NCBI GenBank assembly: GCA_040954595.2
Contig: CM082579.2
Coordinates: 1,501,908-1,565,907 of the forward strand
Reading direction: 5' to 3'
DNA from: Balanoglossus misakiensis
Taxonomy: Eukaryota > Animalia > Hemichordata
Length of the DNA stretch: 64,000 bases
Of this stretch, positions 38,531-53,500 are shown piece by piece. The notes under the pieces were generated by a model. That model saw only the letters and a program-made list of their open reading frames with translations, did not search any database and was not told where the DNA came from. Both the position numbers and the translations under genes were made by a program. The stretch's first letter is position 1. The number at the start of each line of letters is the position of its first letter.

Positions 38531-41500
38531 TCACTGATTTCCTCCATTGACATCATTCTCTTCAGCATTCTCCTGCTGTCCGTTCTTCAAATCTTCAATG
38601 CCCTTCTCCACACTGTCCAGTTTGAGTCTGAAGAAATCCAGTGAGTTGGCACTGCTGAGTTTCCGCCTCTGGGTCTCAGTCTTCACATGTGTCCACATGG
38701 CCTTGTTTGCGATCACTGCATCGTCCAGTGGTTTGGCTTCTGGTATTATCTGGCCAAGCAGTCTGATGGTCAAGAAAATCCCCCATGTTACTCATCATGC
38801 TACAATATTGCATTGCTGGTTAACAATGTCCTATTTTTTCATAACGACAGACAAAGCTCACACATCAGAATATAACAATTTTCACTTACTGAAACACAGG
38901 ATGAGCAATGTGATTCAAGAAACTGAGTTGCAGTTCTGGAATACAAGCCTTCTCTCGATCCATCATTTCTAACGGACGGTTTCCCATTGCTTTTTCCTGT
39001 AAAAGATTTGGAACAAGTAATGGGTTAAGTAATATACCCAGTGGCTACTGTCACTTGTGTATGAAAGAAGATGTTACCTTTGCTGATTTTTTGTATTCTC
39101 TGATATTGGAGTAGCAGTAGTACTTGTTTTTTCCCCCTTGAACATATCTGTGTTAAAATTTATCTCCCAAAACCCTGTAACATTTTCATCACAGCCAGGG
39201 TATGATGAGTGTAAATAAATCATCCTCTGACTGTAGTCTGATATCAGCATTTTATCGTTATATTTCTTTAACTCTCACATCAACAGATTATGTAGCTTAT
39301 GTACAATGCTCTACTCTACTAGCTTAGAGATTTTTCAAAACTTGACATACAAATGTCTGTGAAAGAACATCAGAAAAGATATCAAATTGTCATACCAGAT
39401 CACCCTGGCTGAAGAATTCTTGATAGATGAGTTCCTGTAAAGAGAAATGCAAAGCCATATTCTTACAAATTTGACGGAACATGATTTTAAATGTTTTATG
39501 TATAAGGCTTTCCAGGGTTTCATGTCACACTGACAGGATACCTAGTAGACTTACGGATGTCATGATTGAAACTGAAGGTAACAATGGTTATGCAGGTAAT
39601 TTTTAATATTGTGATTCTCCAAGTGCTTAAATTTGATAGTAGCACTCAGACAAAAAGCATTCCCTAGAAATCAATTTGCAGTCAGATTCCAGGAAGAATA
39701 CTAAATGGAAATCAACGATAAGCATTTGAGTGTTCTATTGGATGTTACACTTACCGCTATCTTCTTGATGGTTTTCCAGCTTTTGGTTTGATCAGAAAGA
39801 TCACAGGAAGTCATGAGTAAACATATTAACAGCTTGTGACATTTAGGATCATCCTTGTTGTATCCCTCTGTAATAGAAGATCAAAGTACGGTTTGAAATA
39901 TCTTCTATGCATTTCTTGCATTTACATGACGTGACCATCCTCTTACTTTATCCTTGATTCTGTCACTCCTTACAACCCCCTCTCTAAGCTGTTAATCTTG
40001 ACAACCTGTGCAACTAACCATCTCTCTCTTTCCTCTCCTTTTCTCTACACCTGTCTACAAGCATGCCATCTTTGTTGTCTTGCATGTTACACACCAAAGA
40101 GAATGACACACATACTTGCAGTCACACATATTCAGATACATACACACAATGGGGCACACACATTAACTATAACAGACCACACCCACCTTCAGCCATCTTC
40201 TGCAAATCTGTGATAATCCGAAGATGATGAGCCAAGTCAGTGGCCAGAATGATATCTTGCATCAAATCTAACACTTCTTGGTATTCCTACAGAAGAAAGC
40301 AAACATGTTTTGATGAAATCTTTACAGTTTTCTTTTTATTTCTTCATATTCAAGGATGGAGAAAGAAAAGCATTGTGAACCCTGTCTGTGATGATCTTTC
40401 TTCCGTACCTTCAGATCATTCAACACAAAAGGCAGTCTGATTCTTAGCCTGGGACACCATGTCCAGCTCCATTGAAAACTAGTGTCATTACTTTCACAAT
40501 GCAATGCACTCAATACTGCACGGTGTACACCCCAAGAGGGCAGGTGTTTGAAGTTTTCTTTCTTGAATATTGCTCAATTCAGTCGTCATTTTTTATGCAA
40601 TGCCACTTCAATTTGACAGCCATGTTTTAACCACAGCTGACTGACTTTCAAACAACACAGTCAAATCAATTGAAGTGGGTCAGTTGAATAAATACAGATG
40701 TTATACAAAAGCAAAGCAATCAACTCAACATGATTTACATCTCCAACATCAATGTTTACATAAGAACACCTTGAGGCTAGTACACTCTGTTCCTTTCAGG
40801 AAATTTATATTTCCACTGTGCATTTGCCACATTTGATCAAATTTGTGATTTATTATCAGATAGTAAACATTAGCTGCAGAGAAAGGATTCATTCATATTC
40901 TATTCTGACAGAGGTAAAAAGAAATAAATTATGATAATTACTAAAACATGCATCACTCATGCAATAATGGTTATTATATTATACAAGTATATTGATGGTG
41001 TAAATCACGCTATTTGATTGGTCGAGACACGACACGTGACCGTGATATATTAGCCATATACCACAGTCATATATCATAGTCAAAGAAAATGCCTTTTTAA
41101 AATGTTTTATGCAAAGTTTCAATATACTGGCATAATATAATAGCAATAAAACACCCCAGCCATGTTATACCACTCGATTTTGACCAGTTCAACTCCATAT
41201 ACGCACTCGCTATCGCTCGTGCGTATATGTCGTGAACTGGTCAAAATCTCGTGGTATACCATGGCTGGGGGTGCTTTATTGCTTAAATGAATTTTCAGGA
41301 GTCCACTGACATGAAAGTGTTGGATGCGATAAACAAATCGCTGCAGGCCAAAAGTAAAATTGCATGTTGTTTCTCGACAGTCTTTTGATATGTTAAAAAG
41401 GATGATTTAAGGTGGTAAATGGTCAGGCTGACATTCTGACCTATCTAGGCATGAATTCACAAACTAACAACCTCAGATGAATAACCAACCGGCTGTGGCA

Positions 41501-44500
41501 ATAAGGATTTAGTTTTATCTGTGTGGCCTTCAATCTCTTTTATGATGAACTTGTGTTAGTCAGGATATCTGATTATTAAGTCAGCATGATGCACAAGTCT
41601 ATTGAAACATTTGACCGTGAGAGTTATGGATTATTGTGGCACTGACACAGCTCAAGAACAAGCCCCACTAACCCACACCAGCCGGGAGCATCATTCATTG
41701 TACAAACTCTGCCCCTAGGTTAATATTTACAGCGAGAACATTATTTAAATTACATGTAGCCATGCATAACTGAAGCAAAGGGTCCGAAAATATTAATGTG
41801 TGTGAACACGGTGTTAAAACCTGAATGGAACTTACTGGTGATGTCAGGTTTTCAAATATATTGCATCCATCTGTATTCAAAATACACAGTGCTTGTGCAA
41901 AATGATGTCTCTGCAAAACAATACATAATTTATCGTTATTGCACTGAATTGATTAAGCTGGTCAATTGTCTTTGCAAGGTATTAGACCAAAATTGGTTGA
42001 ATGTACAGTGGAGTTGATGATACAACTGGTACATAGCATTATCTGTTTTTGAATACAGCGCAAGTAGTAATTACATCCCCGGAGGCAGGGTATCCAGGCA
42101 CACCTGACAACTGAGCCAATCCCTTGAGACTGACAAATGTCATTAACACAACAATGTAGCATAGAAAATGAAACATAGAGTGGATTTAGCCCAGCTTAAA
42201 CACTGCACCCAGGTGAGTTGTAATGATCAGAAATTCTCACAATCCAAATTAAAGCATTGCTCTTTCCATGAAACCAAAATAATCTACATCTAATGTCAGA
42301 AAAGCAGCAACACTACTTTGGCAAACAGTTAAGAGTTGTGTATCATCCAGTGACACAACAACGAAAAACCCCAAATGTCAGGATTTCCCTGTAAATTACA
42401 CAAGATCATTTAATATTCAACTTCTACAAATCCACCATGAGTGCAATTCACAGAGACAGTAAAATGTGCATCCTCCTTTTCCTTGTGGCCTGTAAGACTT
42501 GCTCATAAAATATGAATGGTGTTTTAAAGGTTAGAGTAAGTTCAGCAAAAAAAGTTCTGACAGGAGTAGACTATATTACTGTCTGAATATCATATTCAAA
42601 AAGCTGGAGGGCATTTGCTAGGTATGATTGAACAAACTTTTGCAGGATGCAAGAGCATACACACAAGAATGAACAGTGTGTATCCCATATGCCTCTTGAT
42701 GGAAAACTGTATATTCTGTTTATCACTCAACATCAAACACTGTAAATCAGTTTGAACTACAGTTTTGTAATAGGAAGATTTCAAAGATAGTGGTTGTATT
42801 GCAGACACTGCAAGTCTGTTGGGACTGAATGTCTACTTGGATAAAAACGAAGTTATCAAAACTAATCATACTTGGTATCTAACTTGTCACACACTTCACT
42901 GAGATAATACTTGCTACAGGGAGGAGTGTATTAAATTAACCAGCGGCAGTTTAGGATTGACAGGGAAAATGATGTGAAAATTTCTCTGTACTTTATAGTG
43001 ACTCCAGACTTTAATTCAGTGCAAATCTCACCTCAAGGACTGACCCCTCAGAACTGTATAGAGCAGCTAACACCGATCGCTGAAATAGAAAAATATGTCA
43101 GTTAGTTCAGTTCAATGAGCCCAACCGATCAATAACTGAAGAACTTGATGTGTAATTGTCAAAAATCAGTGGTGAAAATTACAAATATATGACCACAGGA
43201 GGCAGAGAAAAGGGGCTGAGCATTTATAACACGTATTATGAAATTTTAAGGAAATATATGAATTTTCATTACTTGAAATAAAATGGCAAATGCAGTGTCC
43301 CTTTATATGCAAAATCATTATCAAATAATTGGTAAATTTGATGATTGCAATGTCTGCTTATCAAGACAAAACTTTGATACCCAATTGATTATTAAACTAG
43401 ACTACTGCAGAAATTCACACAGCACATATGCCAATTTCACAGACATAATTGGAAGGTTATACAGAATGGTACGATGTAAATTAGGCAGTTTCATGAGATG
43501 TATCAGAGTCAACTTCAATTACAAATATCATCTGACTTAATACACTGCTAGACTTGGACAATTACTGTTAATCATATCCTGCCAGAGGGCAGACAACTGA
43601 TAATGTCATTGGCCATTCTCTGATTTCTCTACATCAATTTGATTTTCTAATGCATGCGTGCCTTTTAGGGGCTCAGTGTATTATTGTTTAACCTTGCAAT
43701 GTTCTAAAATTGATCAGTAAAATGAAATTGAGAAAAATCAACTACCAGGATCTGTAATATTAACATCTTCAGCTGAGTTTGTGGGAAATGTCATGGTATT
43801 TATTTATTTAGGTTCATTCTTCAAATTTTTATTGGAAACATAATAACTGACATCGTCAAATGTGTGCTACAGCGAGATAAAAATTAATCAGTACTTCAAA
43901 ATTTATCAGAAATGTAATAACTCTGACATCATCACATGTATGCTCCACCCAGATGAAAATTGATCCCAGGAATATAAAGACAGCAAGCATCAGTTAACTT
44001 GAAATGACATTCTTTTTTACTGCACTAATATATCCCACAAAATTACTGCCAGTTTGTTAGCTGGTCTATTTTTATTCTGATTCAAGACATGTCTATCAAA
44101 TTCTGCAATAAACACATGGCAAATGGTCTCTTTATAGACTTCATTGCCAGATGTGTAAAATTCTACTTCATTATGTAACACCGACACTCTTGACAAACAG
44201 GGTTCCAAAGTCAATACTTACTGACTGAACCTGGAAGGTATTATTAGTTCCTCTGTGATCCAAATCATGACATAAGCATGCTACAAATAGTGCAAACACC
44301 TCCATTTCCCTAAGCGTAAAAAAATACAAAAAGAACACATATTTAACACATGATCTTTTGGTAACAATTATTTAAAGGGAAAATAAATGTACCTTTAATA
44401 AAAATTTACCAATAAATTACCACTGAGACTTAATTGTTCTATTCAATGAAGCATGTTAAAATAGCCATCATTTGGCGTGTGCACACTGTAACTATTGACA

Positions 44501-47500
44501 GTTTTGGTCTTAATCTTTCAATGTTCTCTCCAGGAATTTCTGATACAGTATTGACCAATTTGCATAACAATCTGATTAACTGCTATGCTAATGACTTTCA
44601 ATTATTTACCGTATTAACTCCTACTCTTTATTAGCTCTGGGGAGAACACTGTGGACAACAATAACAGTGCCCATTTCCACACAGACTGTGTTGTCAAGTG
44701 AAATCAAAATGAAAAAATAAATGTTCGCAATGCCATGGCCTGAAAAACAGCTGATAAAGCATATTATTATAAATTTTGATATTCTCCAAAGTTTTCTCCA
44801 AAAGTGGACTCAAACAGGTCTGATTACATCTGTACTCATAAAATTCTTAAGTCTAATAAAAGCTTTTTTTACTAGCTATGATGTAATGCCTCAGGGAGGG
44901 AACTATTTGTTGAAAGGACAATGATCTATTTTCGTTACAGTTTGACACAAACTAATAACCGTGAAAATTGCATACAGTGGTGATTTTGAGCATCAACAAT
45001 GAAATTGAAAGTCATCTTGGTTGAGGTTACCAGTAATTCTCAACAACCCAACCAGTATTTACTGTTTGAATCCAATTGAACCACTGAAAACACCGGGACT
45101 GGATCAAATGGTTCTAAACAATCAGCATTGAGACAACTTGATGAATTGAAATGAAATGAGTATGCTTAAAGAGACAATTTCACGCACATTCAAACTCTTG
45201 GGAATTTCTTTCCAAAATGATGAAATAAAATACCATAGTAATACTCACGTCAACATTTCCAACAGATTCAAATTCTTATACAAGAGGTAGCAGAAATGAC
45301 CCACTGAGAATGCATGGTACCAGTTATGATATGGTGGATCTCGATATCCTCTTTTCACCATAAGACAGAACTTCACCAATGATGATTTGTTTATCCTCCA
45401 CCTCTTAATGAATCCCATATCCTCAAACATGCTGATAACAGCCTACGAAAGAACACACAAAATTGAGTATTGGTCTGATGTGAATTATGGACAGAAAAAA
45501 ATGAAAAGTAGAAAAAAAGCAAAACATGACAAATTAACGACTTAGAATTACTGACTTCACACAACATCCTTGAAATTTGATGCTTGTAACACTGTATAAC
45601 ACAAACTTTAGGTAAAATGGTATTTCATGTCAGCAAGGATGTTTGGAAAACCAAGGTATACATGTATGTGTACATTTGTCAAAGAAGATGATGGTACATG
45701 TATGTATTGAGACCTACCAATGTTGTGTCTGATTCTGCTATTGATCTTGGAATACAGCTGAATTTGTCCATGTCTGGCTGGAATGTTGTTGGATCTGGGA
45801 CTCGGGATGTTGTCAGTTTCTCAAATTCAGCCTGGCTGATCTGTGGAGAGATTCAAGACAGACAATCAGTTTGACAAGCTCCATGTCGCTGACAGTAGTA
45901 GATGACAGTATAGAGCTGAAAAAGAAACCCTTAGGTAAATGTCATTTGTTAAATATGTATCAAATGTAGATTGCATATTCACATTAGCAATGTATGTGTA
46001 TACCTTAGGCATTGCCTTCAGTTTAGTCTGAATGTAATCGGTGTGTGGATATCATCACAAAGTTCAGCTAGTCACAATTAGTTCACTTACCTGCATATGA
46101 TACATCATAAGTTCATTAGAGAGTTTACTACGATACTGGGCATCTTTCACTTTCTTGTACAGCAAACTCTGTAAAAGTTATCAAGTGCAGCATACAATGA
46201 TACACACTTTAAATTCACTTAATCATGTCAGACTATAGAAGACTTTAATACACATTTACATTTGTTAGACTAAGCAACTTAAATAGCTCAACTGCATTTT
46301 ACAGTACAACTAAAAACACTAAATTTATAAATTTGCTGCATTCATGAAAAATTCAGAGGTAATCAACTTAAACATTTATACAGTGAAAATAATTTTGTGG
46401 TGTGGGTTGCTGGTATGTTGTGAGCATGAAATGAGGCCATCCTGTTGGGTGCTGTCAATCTCCCAAAAGTTGCTGGTATCCATTTGTCAGTTGATGGCTT
46501 GAATTTCAAATATACATGACTAATAAAGTACAATCAACTATAAACGAAACAGTACATACAACTCAACAATATAGTTACAGTGCTGGTGACTTACGTGTAC
46601 AATGCTTATTCCACAGTACACAGAGAATGCAAGGGCCACTTCTTCATCATGCGTGGTGAAGTGTGAACCTAAAATGTACAAACAATGATGTTAATCTCAC
46701 TGACAGAAAAACTGAATCATATCTATCGCTTCTCTGATTATTGTCCACAAGTTAATGTCAAAGAATGTCTCAGCTGATAAACCTAAACAGAGCTTGTTAA
46801 TTTTGGGCAGCATGAATTTGATATTTGCTGTTGTAATTTGCCAAACTTGTTTTACCCTCTACACTAAAAACAACTTATATTTTGAAAAATGCATGGTAAG
46901 GTCATGGAGGTTACATCATAGAATCAAGGTAGCTTATAAACTCTTTAGCATAACATTCTCATATGGAACTGAAACATATAAAACTCACTCACAATTACTA
47001 GAAAAAGTTACCATGACTCATTCAAGTGATGGTTTAGCTCTTAATATGCAAGATTTTATGCCCACCCAACCCCAAATAATAAAATGTTTACAACTGTATA
47101 AATGAGACTCTTCTAATCTGATTCAATGAATCTCAAACCTTTTATATGAAGACTAGCATTGCAAGTAGGGCTTCCTACAATGCCATTGATATTTAACGAC
47201 CACCATGGTACAACATTTAACTCAAAGAGCTTCTGAAATTATGCGGAAGCAACTCCAGCATCCCACATGGGTAATTTCCACTCACCATTGATTTTATTGC
47301 ATAGTTCTGCTATCCCGATGACCTTTTCTGAAATACAATGTGGCAAAGAAGGAAATCAATACAAAGTTCCAGCACATCACATTTTTAGGCACACGCTGGG
47401 GCAACAACAGAGAAAGAGGCTGTCTAATGGCATACTCTTTGATATCGATACTGTCTAAGATAGTTTGATACTACATGCATTAGAAACTGTGCAGTGTCTC

Positions 47501-50500
47501 TGCAGAGAAAAGTGTCGTGCTTTGTCATTCAGGGTACCGGTATCTAAAGGGAGAAAAGCCTACTCTAATCAATTGTGAACACGTCTTCTTGAAAACCCTA
47601 TGCCTAATCAATGGTACACGTATCTCTCCAGAGACTGTCTGACACAAAACCTCACTTGGAACGTGGCAAGGGGTCTCCCATTCTGAGAGATACTGTGATT
47701 CAACTTTCATGCAAACAGCTTCTGTTCACTGACAGCAATGGATTCATTCTCATTCAAGTGCTGGGTGTGTGTAATGGCTGGTATCAATGCATTTATCTCT
47801 AAAGTGTGGTGTAGTAAAGGTTTATGCTCTCAAGACGATGCAACCTTCAAATCTAAATAAATCCTGTTGTCACTCTATGTGTACTTTTCTTCAGTTTATT
47901 TCTTCCAGTTTATGGAGCAGAGACCCAAGGGTAAAATGCCCAACTGGGTTGGTGTGGGGAGGAATACTGATGAGGAGATGATGAACTCAAAGAACGAAAT
48001 AAAACCCAGTCAAAGTATTCTCTGATCTACCATTTACTGCTCATATATCATGACAATGAGGAAGGAATAGGCAAAGCGTACCCGTGTCATCCTTAATTGG
48101 GAAGCACAGTATATTTCTTGTCCTGAAGCCTGTTGTATCATCTACACCTCTGTAGAACAAGGGATGTGCATAAGCATCTTTTATATTGAGAATGGTCCCT
48201 GGAAGAGAAAAGCAATATTTTCAAAAGTTTGCACTGAACAATGTTGTTCAATTGGAGAAAAATTGCAAGTGATGGTAATAACTAAACGTGTCTTTTATTT
48301 GTCAATCATGGACAAATTGCGAGTTATATATGAGTTAATTACCTGTTGTTGCCACAAGACCAGCTATACCCTGATTAATAGGAATCCTAACTTCACCCAG
48401 GATCTATAGGATTCAAGATGGTATCAGCATTATAAATCAAAAAAATCATGTACATACATACCCGAACACTCCCTACCATTACACGCACGCACACACTAAA
48501 TGAGCAAATGGGAGCGAGAAAAACAAGTACAGACTACTTGGCCAAGTTCTGATGCTCAATATTAGTAAGGCTGTTCAAATGACAGAACTGAAATGATTTC
48601 CCTTTTGAGTGCTTGATGGGCACTACTCACCTCGCCGTTTTCCGTAACATTTCCATCAAACACTTTCGCAACCAATTCATCATTTTCAACAAGAAACAGT
48701 GAACACCTGTGAAAAATCCAGGCAAAAAATATTTGTGCATAAGAGTAAAGAATGAACAGTTAATTAATCAGCTGTGTATACTGCATCACACATGTGAGTT
48801 TAATTATGGACTGTGTCCATGTGCGTACATGTCTGGCTGAATCTGACATTCATCTTCTTCAGACAAATTTCATATCCATGCTACATTTACACAAGTATCT
48901 GCACTCATAAATCAAAACTGAGAAATCACTTTACACAGAACTTGTACTCCTTCTGGGAGTTGCATCTGCCGTATTATGACACAGATGTATTTTGCCTTGC
49001 CAAGGAACCAGGTCTAGTACACTGTTATATGAGATTATTAGTTTGATATTGCTACATGTTATCACTAGCTTGATGCATGCACACACCCACACACTGAATC
49101 CCATGACAATATCAAGATTATGTGTAATAATCATTACAAAATGAGACGCTCTATGACCAGACGATTTTATACTGAAATTCTTATTATCACAAAGACAGAC
49201 TCATGAGAAAAGCCATTTTTGTCCTCTTGCTGGTTTTTTTCCTCATCACAATTTTAAAATCTTACAAAGGCAACAACAGAGCCCAATTAAATGCGTGGTA
49301 AGTATGTTTCTCAAGAGGCACGTAAAATACACTCTTGAATCTAAACAGCCTTTTTCTTGATGCTGGGCAGACCAGATATAATGAATAACTGGGAGAGGGT
49401 GGTTTAGATTTTTACCTTTCTGCATGTGTTATATTCCTTGCTTCCTGCATAACCTCTTGCAATAAGACACAGACATCATCTGGAGAAGGAAAGAAATGGC
49501 CATAAATTGATGTAGAGATTATTAGGCAGACTACTGCATCACGATAAGGGTGTTCAATGATATATCACTGTGCAGTTCTCTGTATTCTCTCAGACTAGAG
49601 TAGTTCATCATATCTGTCAGAAAGCACTGGGTGGATGAAAGGCCTATATTTCCAATTTAGAGAAAAGCAGTGCATGATTGCTGTGGCTTATGAATCTTGG
49701 CTACATCATGCACCCTACTTTCAAAACCATCAACATGAAATTGTACACTGAATCATCAACATAATGGGATTGCGGAGTAGAATTTATACTGCCCCTTTTC
49801 TGGCCACTGCTATCCCCATGAAAAATAACCTTACAGACAAAATGTCATGTTGGCTTTAATAGACTCTTCAAACAACCGGCAGTTATTGATTTAGATCTGT
49901 AATTTGAATCATGTTTAGTCTACATGTAATCTGGTTAATTCTAGAACACAACTTTAATTCCTTTGATGCTGGTTTTGGTTGTCATACTCTCACTTGGATA
50001 AATAACATTGATACGTGTAGAAAGATTGTTATATAAATATTCAATAGTCTTATGTCTCACAAGACATGCTTGTTTGAAAAACAGACTACCTACTTTACTG
50101 AGATACTACCTACTATCAGACAATTCTTCATCTGGTTCTACTACTGGAATCTGAGGCAAGCAAATGATACTAAGAGTACTGGGTGTCCAGTCCAAATCTA
50201 GCACGCTGTCATTTCTACGCAACGCAGCCTGGCCTTCTTCACTATCACATGGCACTATGATTCCCTGTCTGTCTGTATCTACTCTATTCTCCGCATCTCT
50301 CTGAGTGTCTTCACTGCCTTTCAGTTTCACAACACTGCAACCTTCTAATTTAGAACTACTGGGCTGTGGAATAAATGAAGCCTCATCTGCTGCGTCTTCA
50401 AAGTCTTCACTGGAAGAACTAGATATATTGTTCTCTTCTTGTTTGTCAACCGCATCACTTTGCTGACTAGGGCTTTTCACCTGGCCTTCACTACCACCTG

Positions 50501-53500
50501 CTTCTCCTCGTGGTGATCTTGAAAATTTACTGATCAACCAATGTCCAAAGCTTTTGCCTGGAAACCCTGCCTCTTCTCTATCATTATGACTACCACCTAC
50601 ACCTCCAAAATCTTTGCTGGCCTTCCTGACTGGCCTATCCTGTCTTTCGTACAGTGTTGTTGGCAGTGCTTGCAGACAGGCTGAACAATACTTACCAAGG
50701 TGTGTGAACAAGTTCTTTGCAACTTGTAGTAATGCCTGCAGGGGAATATGAAAATGTGTTACTGTGTTGCTGTTAGGTAATGAAGCTATCTCCATCATGA
50801 GTTAACAGGAAGCTGACAGCCATTCCAACAATAGAGCTCTAGCTCATCAGTAATGCAGAGGTTATGAAACCATGAGGAAGGCTACCATGAAATTACTCAC
50901 TGAAAGTGCACGTAAATTATTAAATAATTGCGGCAACCCGATTCTGTATCAAATTAATTTGTGCAACTTATTCCATGACTCAGTCTGAAAGCTGCAACTG
51001 GACTTCTCAGAATTGACCTGTCCCCAATAATGCAATGAACCATCATTGCTCAGAAAGACGGTCCATTATTACCACATACATGTATTCAAAATAAATCTAC
51101 AGTATTTCCCATTTCAAAACATGCATCTTGGATACTATGAATTCTGTACACTCTAAATTTGTGTGTTGACTGTAGATGTAATAATCTTAGAAGCTAACAT
51201 TAAGTAATAAAGGTTAATGCTAATGTATGCTGAATGAAGGAAATGAGTAACATGACTAGAACAAGCCATTAAATAGGGCATTCTACATGACTTCTAAATT
51301 GCATTGGACTGTAAGACAATATCCCTGAACCATCATAAATGCACATAAAAGAAATTATCCATACGCTTATTCTGGAAGTTGTCACGATTTACTGAACAGT
51401 TCACATCATATTTTGGCGTCACTAATGAGAAATCGGCGTAGGAATTGTCTGTTCAGTGCTTTGGAAATCTCTGCTGATCATGTACTTCCTTAAATTGAAA
51501 TTTTAATCAGTAGAATGTCTATTATGTCTCTCTACTCAGGTTATGATCAAATCAAATCAAAGTACAGAGTGAGTCTACATCCAATATTCTATGAAACAAG
51601 ATAAATTTAAATTGAGTGGGGGACCTTTCCATTATAACCTTCAACAAACTGAAGATTGACAGTTTTCCTTTAATTTCTAAAGAGCATTAATACATATCAC
51701 TTGGACACTATGAACATGGCGCAAAGCGCAGCTATGAAATTTACTGTAAGAGTAACTAAGGCACTATACAACTGCATCTTTATTTTATTTTTTACATTTT
51801 CATAAAGAACTTTTCCTCACTCTTTGAAAATCATCCCCTCAGTCTTAGAGTTATCAGTCACAAGATACCTACCTAAGTTTCTTACAAAGATCTATGATGT
51901 AGATTTGGCCAATTACATTCAAACCATCTTTTTCCCCTCATTAACGATAATGTACAATGTGAGTAATATTGGTTACATTATATGTATAACACAAAAGCAA
52001 GACCTACCTCAGTTTCTACCTTTAACTGATTTTCCTTCTGAAATGCTAAAGTACTGGCCAGGACTGATGAGGTATACCTGTAGCAATAGCGTATCTTCTC
52101 TTCATCTTCCACTGTAAAGCTGTAACGCCCAACAAACATTTGTTATTACGGATTCCAACCCTAAACATCTATCTACAATGAACAATACCCGGTAGATATG
52201 GAGAAATTGTAATTGTACATTTTCTGGATAGTCAACTTCCTGCACCTGGTTATTTTTATCTTGTACATTTTACTCATCACTTCTGCTTATTTCAGAAACA
52301 GGAACATATGAAGAAAATACTATACTTGTGACTGGAAGTAAAGTATTTAATCACCTTATATAGTTGTGTTCTTATCCAGTAATACAAAACTTTTTTTCCC
52401 ATGTCGCTAAATTTTTAATGGACTATTAAATTTTACAGCCAGAAAGTTACATACCTTTTCCCATCTTTTTTATTGAATGCAAACACAATTGCATCTACTT
52501 CAGTTGAGTTCCTGTTCATAAGAGGAACACACAGCATTGACTTGACTTCAAAACCAAGTCTTCGACTGAGTTCTGCTTGGCAATCCTTTTGAAATGGCAA
52601 AAAAGAAAGACAAATGACTGATGAACTGACCCAACAAGACCCCACTTTGCATAACAAAAGCTGCACAGCTTGGCCAATCAGGCTTGAGTCATCACTTCCC
52701 TCATCACTATTTTAAAAAAAAACAAGACTCTACAGTCGACACTTCAATTTTCTTCAAATCCATCAATTCTACAAGAACATATGCAATAATAGAACTCCAT
52801 GACCTCTTGGCATGACCTGTGAGATACAGAGTTATTTTCGCTCCTGATGTGGAGTTTCTACGCTTGTAAAAATGCTGCCAAATCACTCATGAAATAACTT
52901 CTGTATGGCACAGATTATGCACAGAGGTCATCGTGTTCTGTTATATTTTTTCATATACTTACTGGAACGTCGCCAAGTGTGGCTGATTTTCTTGAAGTTA
53001 TAACTTGACTTAAACTACTATGAGGTAACTATAATAAAAATTCAAAAGACAGTGCTTTTAGAATGTGTTGGAAATTTAATTAATATTCCACAATCAGTGA
53101 AACTACATTGCTTAATGAAATTATTTCAATAAATTTCTAAATAGATCCAGGATGTGGGGATAGAGGAACATGATGTTTGCAATAAAACATCTTTTATTAA
53201 ATAATATTGTCAAATCTGCAAAACACAAGTAAGTCATGTGAAAGAGCAAGATCTTATACTCACTATTATGATTTTACTATCCAATACCCTGTTTCCAAGC
53301 ACCTGAACATAAGAAGGATAAAAAGAAATTGTAATCTTGGGTAGCTCAAGACATATTACATGATCCATTTCTTGATAAACATGCCCTGTATAGACTATAT
53401 TTGTTTCTCATGAAAAACTTGTGACGTATGGATTTATATTAAGCTTGTTTAGAATCTCATAAAAGGACAGTTTAAGATTTTGAGATGGCACAGAAAGCTG

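Noticed and set aside
38353-38972. ORFs 38547-38972 (+) and 38353-38568 (-)
   Set aside because: Antisense or out-of-frame to the last PDE2 exons. The 38762-38531 frame matches the PDE2 C-terminus (NSLDF).
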